64,000 nt of DNA from Promethearchaeati archaeon SRVP18_Atabeyarchaeia-1 (lineage in GTDB: Archaea > Asgardarchaeota > Atabeyarchaeia > Atabeyarchaeales > Atabeyarchaeaceae), in contig CP147779.1 in NCBI GenBank assembly GCA_037308085.1, forward strand, positions 2,254,895 to 2,318,894, given 5' to 3'. Below the pieces are notes generated by a model. The model was not told the DNA's origin, ran no database searches, and worked only from the letters and a program-made list of their open reading frames with translations. Shown piece by piece: positions 58,498 through 64,000 of this stretch. A program made the position numbers and the translations under genes. Within the stretch, counting starts at the first letter, position 1, and each line of letters begins with the position of its first letter.

Positions 58498-58906
58498 TTC
58501 TCAGTTCCTTTATCGGTATGTAGACCGTCTGCACTCCGATGCCTTCGTAGCCGGGGTCGAAGACCGCCGTCTCAGACTTTATGACTCCAAGCCGGTTCAA
58601 TGTGCTTCTCGGAAAGGAGAGCCCTATTGCATTGATCGGTATCCTGACGGCAACGTTGAGGCGAGCCTCATATACGCCTCGTTTGAGTGAGTACAACCCG
58701 TTCTGCGGCTTGCATGAGATTTTCGGCATATCCAGTTCTCTGCGCTCACCATCAAGTGTGGCGGTAGCATTGTCTTCTATTCGATCAACATTTGAGACCC
58801 CAATGTCGACTCCACAAGGGTTTATCTTTATTCCTTGCAGGCGATCCCTGTTCGCCTCTACCACCTTCAGAACCTCTTTGTAGATCCTTTGACCTGACCA
58901 GAACAT
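58379..58906 (-). CDS. dUTPase/dCTP-deaminase-superfamily protein
   Basis: 175 aa. 'AVFDPGYEGIGVQTVYIPIKELRIAENERWFQFVV' resembles the 'IDxGYxG...RIAQLV' beta-barrel motif of Dcd/Dut. Tentative. Confidence 0.45.
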   Translation of the reverse strand: MFWSGQRIYKEVLKVVEANRDRLQGIKINPCGVDIGVSNVDRIEDNATATLDGERRELDMPKISCKPQNGLYSLKRGVYEARLNVAVRIPINAIGLSFPRSTLNRLGVIKSETAVFDPGYEGIGVQTVYIPIKELRIAENERWFQFVVTDAMEASSAYNGRYQGEGIKKARKTKD

Positions 58907-59060
58907 TTGTAAGCATCTCCGTAGTATTCGCGGAAACTTTTCTGGGATATGTATTAACTTGATTACAGATAAATCCTTAGAAGGTATACTTTAATATGCC
59001 AAATATAATCTATGGAGCGTAGATAAGACTCAGCATCATGAAGCTGGGGGTGCGGACTAA

Positions 59061-60002
59061 TTGGGTTTTACTGCCAGTTTGACGATCAAGGACTTAGATG
59101 TTCATGTGACATTTCCATGGGGAATCAGTATTGTAAGCAATATGGCTTTCCCTGACATGGTGCAAGGGGACGACAAATACCTCAACGCCATGAAGATAAT
59201 CGGAGAGGATCCGTTCTTTGACGGAATCGAAATCCCGAAGCCTTCCGACCATCTATGGGATAAGATTGAGGACATGCTTGAAGAACAAGACAAGGTTGCG
59301 ATTCTGGGTGCTCAGACCGAGGTCATCACCCACGGGCTGAATATCAGCGCGCTGGGAGAAGAGGAACGCAAGAAGGCGGTTGAAGGACTAGGCAAGATAA
59401 TCGAGGATGCCGGGGGTCATGGCATCTGGATAGTCGCTCTGTGCTCTGGTCCTGACCCTGGACCAAGCAATAGAAAAGAGTCGACAGGCAAGCTTGTCGA
59501 ATCTCTCAACGAGCTTTGCCAAAAAGCGGAGGACTGCGGAGTCAACCTTCTTCTGGAAACCTTCGACAGAACCATGGATAAGAAGCTGTTGATAGGACCG
59601 ATGGACGAAGCCATCAAGGTAGTATCGGAAGTCAGGGAGAACCACGATGATCTTGGCTTAATGTGGGATCTCAGCCACGGCCCACTCCTAAATGAGAAAC
59701 CGGAAGTCCTAAGGAAAACCGGTGAACTACTCGAACACGTACACATAGGCTGCTCTAAGAAGGTGGATAATGGGGGGCTACTCGACCATCACCCCGGCTT
59801 CTACAGCAAGAACTCCATCAACAATGAAGATGACGTTGCGGACCTGCTTGAAGAACTCCAAGCCATAGACTACTTTGGGTTCGTGGGTTTTGAAGTCAAG
59901 CCTCAGGAGTTTCAATCAAGCAGAGAAGTAATAAGCACCGCCAAGAGTGTTTTGGTCGAAGCTTTTGAGAAAACAGTCCCAAGAATATTCGCAAAAAGAT
60001 GA
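59061..60002 (+). CDS. xylose-isomerase-like TIM-barrel sugar-phosphate isomerase/epimerase
   Basis: 313 aa (alternative start 59142). 'VNLLLETF', 'MWDLSHG', 'HVHIG' metal/catalytic motifs of the AP-endonuclease-2/XI-like fold. Confidence 0.65.
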   Translation: MGFTASLTIKDLDVHVTFPWGISIVSNMAFPDMVQGDDKYLNAMKIIGEDPFFDGIEIPKPSDHLWDKIEDMLEEQDKVAILGAQTEVITHGLNISALGEEERKKAVEGLGKIIEDAGGHGIWIVALCSGPDPGPSNRKESTGKLVESLNELCQKAEDCGVNLLLETFDRTMDKKLLIGPMDEAIKVVSEVRENHDDLGLMWDLSHGPLLNEKPEVLRKTGELLEHVHIGCSKKVDNGGLLDHHPGFYSKNSINNEDDVADLLEELQAIDYFGFVGFEVKPQEFQSSREVISTAKSVLVEAFEKTVPRIFAKR

Positions 60003-60077
60003 ACTTACCGGTGACTGATCAGGCAACTTGTGGCGCCTTTTTCGACCTTAAGAGATGACTGGAGAAGTGAGGTCTAA

Positions 60078-60962
60078 ATGAAAGTTGAAGGATGTGTTAC
60101 CCCGGTGGTCACCCCGTTTGACTCTGAGGAGGAAGTAGATGAAGAGTCCCTCAAGGAGATAGTTGACTATTTGGTGGATGGAGGAGCCAGCGGCCTATTC
60201 GCTGCTGGAACCGCGGGAGCATTCTATTTGATGACCCCTGAAGAACGGAAACGGGTAACGAGCATCGTGGTAGAGAAGTCGAACGGAAGAGTCCCAGTCT
60301 ACGCCGGAACAGGTGGGATAACCGTCAGAGAAAACTTGGACATCGCAAAGCATGCTAAGGACGTTGGCGCTGATGCTGCAGTAATACTTACACCTTACTA
60401 CGTTAAGGTCGAAGATGAGGAGCTCTTTCAATACTTTACGACCTTCGCCAATGCCGTTGACATGGAAGTCATACTCTACAATAATCCATCAAGAGCGGGG
60501 AACAACATATCACCAGCGCTGCTTGAGCGAATTGTCAACGAGAACAGCAATGTAATTGCCCTCAAAGACAGTAGCGGAGACCTTGCTCAGTACGGCGAGT
60601 ACGTGATGAGGATGAAGGATAAGATCTCCTTGGTGAGTGGCAAGGACGAGCTAATGCTGGCATCCTTAGCTATGGGCGGGAACGGAGTTGTAAGCGCTGT
60701 AAGCAACATCGTTCCTGAACTCGTATCACAGATCTTTGCTTCGTTCGAGAGGGGTGACATAAGGAAAGCTCAGGAAATACAGAGCAAGTGCTCCACACTG
60801 AAGAAGTCCTTCGGTGGAGCAGCTTACCCAGCACCAATCCTTGCGGCTCTAGATCTCCTAGGAATGAGGGCTGGCAGACCAAGATCGCCAGTGCTGCCCT
60901 TGAAAAATGAACAAAAAGAAAATATCAGGCAGGCGCTGAAGAGCATCGGAAAGCTACATTGA
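60078..60962 (+). CDS. DapA-family class-I aldolase (dihydrodipicolinate synthase / KDG-aldolase-like lyase)
   Basis: 294 aa. 'GTAGAF', 'YAGTGG', and the Schiff-base Lys in 'IALKDSSGD'. Confidence 0.8.
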   Translation: MKVEGCVTPVVTPFDSEEEVDEESLKEIVDYLVDGGASGLFAAGTAGAFYLMTPEERKRVTSIVVEKSNGRVPVYAGTGGITVRENLDIAKHAKDVGADAAVILTPYYVKVEDEELFQYFTTFANAVDMEVILYNNPSRAGNNISPALLERIVNENSNVIALKDSSGDLAQYGEYVMRMKDKISLVSGKDELMLASLAMGGNGVVSAVSNIVPELVSQIFASFERGDIRKAQEIQSKCSTLKKSFGGAAYPAPILAALDLLGMRAGRPRSPVLPLKNEQKENIRQALKSIGKLH

Positions 60963-61143
60963 GAGCCCACAATGCGATCGGGTTAAGAGAGCTTCTTCAG
61001 GAAGCTAAGCAACGACCTGCGAAACTGATCCGTTGCGTCAAACCGGATGCCGTGCTCATTATCTGGCGAGAGCATCAAGAATTCAGAGTTCTGCGCATCA
61101 ATTGCGTTCTTGGTGGTGTGCGCCATCCCTAGTCACGCGCGCG

Positions 61144-61929
61144 TCAGGATTCCAGCGATGAAGGCAAGGACGCTCCTCTTGCTGGTATCACATTTATTCC
61201 TTTTTCAGTGATTACCATGGGACTTGTCTTGGACTCATGAAGAGTTCCTCTCATCTTGACCACTGTAAGTCCTCGTTCAAACTTTCCACCGTGCCTTATC
61301 TGTTCCAGAAAGATCACGCCATCAGATATGAACTCCTCCACGTCATAGCGGCTTATCTGCCCCTTCCCGCGCCCCTCCGATATCAGGAGGGTTGTGCAAC
61401 CGAGTTCTTTCAACGTGGCGATCAGCCGGTGGATGGCGTGCCGTATCGCGCCAGGTTCTTCGATGACGAGTTCAAGCCCAGGTATTGAGTCGAGTACTGC
61501 CCTCTTAGCATTCGTCGTTTTCTGGAGTTGGCTTATAGCCAACAGTAGAGTGTTCATGTTCAGGAGGCGGGTGACTTCGTCTCTGCCAGCATATGGAACC
61601 CTCGACTTGGGCGAAGCAATATCTATTATCCCCAGTTTGCCATCTTTCTCCAGCTTCTCCAGATCCCACCCAAAACCTTTCATATCAGCTCTGACTGCTG
61701 AAGGTGACTCTTCAGTTGTAATAAGAATACCATTCTCTCCGAACTTAGTGACACCTTCGACCAAGAATTGGATGCCCAAAATACTCTTTCCCGTGCCACA
61801 TCCTCCAGTGACCAGAATGCACCTTCCTCTTGGAAACCCCCCGTGCAGGAGTTCATCGAGTTGCCCGATTCCAGAAGAAACCAAATTGCCTACCGGTTCA
61901 CTCATTGCTCGCACCTTCTGCCATAACAC
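61144..61929 (-). CDS. KaiC-like RecA-superfamily ATPase with intact Walker A
   Basis: 261 aa. 'GIGQLDELLHGGFPRGRCILVTGGCGTGKS'. Walker B 'GILITTEES'. Confidence 0.75.
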   Translation of the reverse strand: MLWQKVRAMSEPVGNLVSSGIGQLDELLHGGFPRGRCILVTGGCGTGKSILGIQFLVEGVTKFGENGILITTEESPSAVRADMKGFGWDLEKLEKDGKLGIIDIASPKSRVPYAGRDEVTRLLNMNTLLLAISQLQKTTNAKRAVLDSIPGLELVIEEPGAIRHAIHRLIATLKELGCTTLLISEGRGKGQISRYDVEEFISDGVIFLEQIRHGGKFERGLTVVKMRGTLHESKTSPMVITEKGINVIPARGASLPSSLES

Positions 61930-62258
61930 CTAATACTCGAAGCCCAGCGCCAAGGGAATACTCTCCTGACGCAGGCGAGTCCAGAATCTGTCAAAGAGCT
62001 CCTTTTTTCTGATTCTCCGCTGAAAGACATAATGGGGCAATCCCATATTTAAGCTGTGAATCGTTTTCAACGCCTCTCCTCCTAGCAACGAGGAGCCGGC
62101 GCGAATATTATTCGAAACCAGCCAGTTGCTGTTCCACACCTCGATTCCCATCATCTGGCGTATCCCACATATTTTGGCTTTCTTTCCTCATTTCATGTCA
62201 AGTTGCGCCATCGTTATTCTACTCGGTCGCCCTGTACTCGTCTCAGACTTATCGTGTT

Positions 62259-62975
62259 TCACTCCGTAGCCGGTTGTGAGAGCCCCTCTGTTCGCTGGAT
62301 CTCGAACAACAGATCACGCAAACTTGTAGAAGAGTAAGGTAGATTCAGACTGGTAGCGACAAGATTCAGACGGTCTAACAATACTTTCAGATTATGGGCT
62401 AGCGGGATATCCAGCGCTTCGATAGTTTTCAGATCCATTTCGACAACCGGTTTCATCGCACCAACTATTTTCATGATCAAGTTATCTTGCTCTGATATAA
62501 GTGTACCTTCCTGGGCGCTTTGCCCGCTATCTAGGTCCAGCAGCCTGCATGTCTCCGCAAAGATCTCCTTCGCGAAAGAATCATCAGGATTACAGCTATC
62601 TGCAAGTTTCGCGTTGAAGCCTGCTAAGAAATCTACTATCTCGTCGATCTTGTCAGACACTAGTTTTGGCGCTCTTATACTAAAGAAGACAATGAATGAA
62701 TAGTACCCGAGAGCCGGTAGGCTCCCAAGGGTTCCGAAGCCTATGGCCTCTATTTCGTCCATTGTTATCACTATGCCGGCTGTCTTTCCCTTCGTTGTGT
62801 TGAGTTGTATCATGGACTGCATTGCCAGCTGATTGGCTTGCGCCTCAGCGAGGAAACCTGCAGGGTACCTTGTTATAGGCGTCGGCCCAGATGAGAGGTC
62901 GAACCTGGAAATGAATACCCCTTTGACATATCTTGATGGGATCATGTTGGACGAGCTTGCTGCCAATTCCCTCAT
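62259..62975 (-). CDS. hypothetical protein, paralog B of a tandem pair next to KaiC-like gene
   Basis: 238 aa. N-terminal 'VKGVFISRFDLSSGPTPITRYPAGFLAEAQ' is shared with the neighbour gene. Helical C-terminus. Confidence 0.5.
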   Translation of the reverse strand: MRELAASSSNMIPSRYVKGVFISRFDLSSGPTPITRYPAGFLAEAQANQLAMQSMIQLNTTKGKTAGIVITMDEIEAIGFGTLGSLPALGYYSFIVFFSIRAPKLVSDKIDEIVDFLAGFNAKLADSCNPDDSFAKEIFAETCRLLDLDSGQSAQEGTLISEQDNLIMKIVGAMKPVVEMDLKTIEALDIPLAHNLKVLLDRLNLVATSLNLPYSSTSLRDLLFEIQRTEGLSQPATE

Positions 62976-63074
62976 AACCTCTCATTTTTCATTGTGCATA
63001 ATTCATAACTGCCGTGAGCTTCTCTATCTTCCGAACGCGGGATTCTGCGTGGATCACTTTTCCCCTCGGCATTG

Positions 63075-63686
63075 TCAGTACTTTAGTTGAGCCTTTGACT
63101 CCTGAAGCACGGTTAGGAGCTGGGCGATTCGAGCCTTAGTCCCAGGCGCCACAAGTTCCAGTCTATTAAGATGTCCAGACTCAATGAAGGAGCTGATTGC
63201 AAGTATCGTTTTGTCAGCAACCGCTTCTAACTTGTCACCGGGTTCGTTAAGAGCTTCCTCTTCATGAGACTTCTCGCAAACCCTTCGCACTCCTTCGAAT
63301 AGCCTAAGTGCGGCATCTCCAGGGTGTCGCCTCACATTCTGCAACTCGCTTATTATGAGGCTTCTAATAAGGGGATACGTCTCCCAGATCATCGATTTAG
63401 CTTCTTCCCCAAACATCACTATTATCCCGGTAGCACCTTCAACGCTACTCCCCTCGGTCCCAACCACACCAACTTTGCCTATTTGGGAAAAAGACATAAT
63501 TGAGCAGAGAGCCTCTTTCTTCCCTGTTGAGAGTAGCAACATGGCGTCCTCGGCGACATCCTTTAGCCCTTCGCCCGCGATGAATCCCTGTGGGTAGATA
63601 AAAGCCGGAGCTGGGCCCAGGAGCATGTCAAATCTGGTCACAATCACTCCCTCGAAAAGTAATCGCTCTGGTGACCTGCGCGACAA
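63075..63686 (-). CDS. hypothetical protein, paralog A of the tandem pair next to KaiC-like gene
   Basis: 203 aa. N-terminal 'FEGVIVTRFDMLLGPAPAFIYPQGFIAGEG' is paralogous to 62259..62975. Confidence 0.5.
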   Translation of the reverse strand: MSRRSPERLLFEGVIVTRFDMLLGPAPAFIYPQGFIAGEGLKDVAEDAMLLLSTGKKEALCSIMSFSQIGKVGVVGTEGSSVEGATGIIVMFGEEAKSMIWETYPLIRSLIISELQNVRRHPGDAALRLFEGVRRVCEKSHEEEALNEPGDKLEAVADKTILAISSFIESGHLNRLELVAPGTKARIAQLLTVLQESKAQLKY

Positions 63687-64000
63687 TCTGGTTAACCCCC
63701 ATTACCCCATCGTGCGTGCACTGCTCGAACACCGTGTTCAGCTAGTAGAGTAGTTGAAGTTCCTTTTATTTTCTTCTTACTTATCTTCTACACAGAATTG
63801 TCTCTCCGGGCTCCCTCGATGGTTAAGCGCTGACACCGAGACTCAACCATAGAACACCACATCCGCGATAGCCCTTTTCTCGCCTCGACTAGAGAAATTG
63901 GAGTCTGGCAAACAAGCTCTGGCCTGACTTGGGTCGGGAAAGGCACATCAAGCGCTAGGATGACTATGCGCATTATTAAGTTCATTTGCCTATGAACATT

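Overview
Dense, protein-coding chromosomal segment of about 50% GC with roughly 57 supportable CDSs on both strands. No rRNA, tRNA, CRISPR array, transposase or integrase is visible. The gene content looks archaeal: KaiC-like RecA-superfamily ATPases, several Lrp/AsnC RAM-domain proteins, a substrate-binding protein with a C-terminal membrane anchor, iron-sulfur flavoprotein Isf, an AfpA-type flavoprotein, and TATA-box promoters with oligo-T terminators. Ordinary metabolism and housekeeping genes include an NMO/FabK-like flavoenzyme, a class-III aminotransferase, AlaX, an amidase, GH1 and GH94-like glycosidases, class II LysRS, a five-gene peptide/nickel ABC importer, a ClC channel, an ABC-2 exporter, stomatin, a DapA-family lyase and a sugar-phosphate isomerase. 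Loci that deserve a second look: (1) a three-gene operon headed by a bona fide Arf-family small GTPase; (2) a radical-SAM/SPASM enzyme co-operonic with two tandem paralogous single-pass membrane proteins bearing Pro/Ser/Tyr-rich tails and a methyltransferase-TPR protein, a candidate undescribed maturation system; (3) a methylmalonyl-CoA cluster (mutase large and B12 subunits, epimerase, BirA, 12S and 5S carboxyltransferases plus a translationally coupled biotin carrier) whose subunit set matches methylmalonyl-CoA:pyruvate transcarboxylase rather than an ATP-dependent carboxylase; (4) three KaiC-like ATPases, two of which lack the Walker-A lysine, one with tandem paralogous partner genes; (5) unusual RAM-domain architectures (transporter-RAM fusion, stand-alone RAM proteins, a triple Lrp-module protein); (6) a membrane-anchored HEAT-repeat protein ending in a RING-like zinc finger; (7) a second methylmalonyl-CoA-epimerase-like gene broken by in-frame TGA and TAG codons. 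An Asgard-like origin is possible (Arf GTPase, roadblock-like protein, RING finger) but is inference only.
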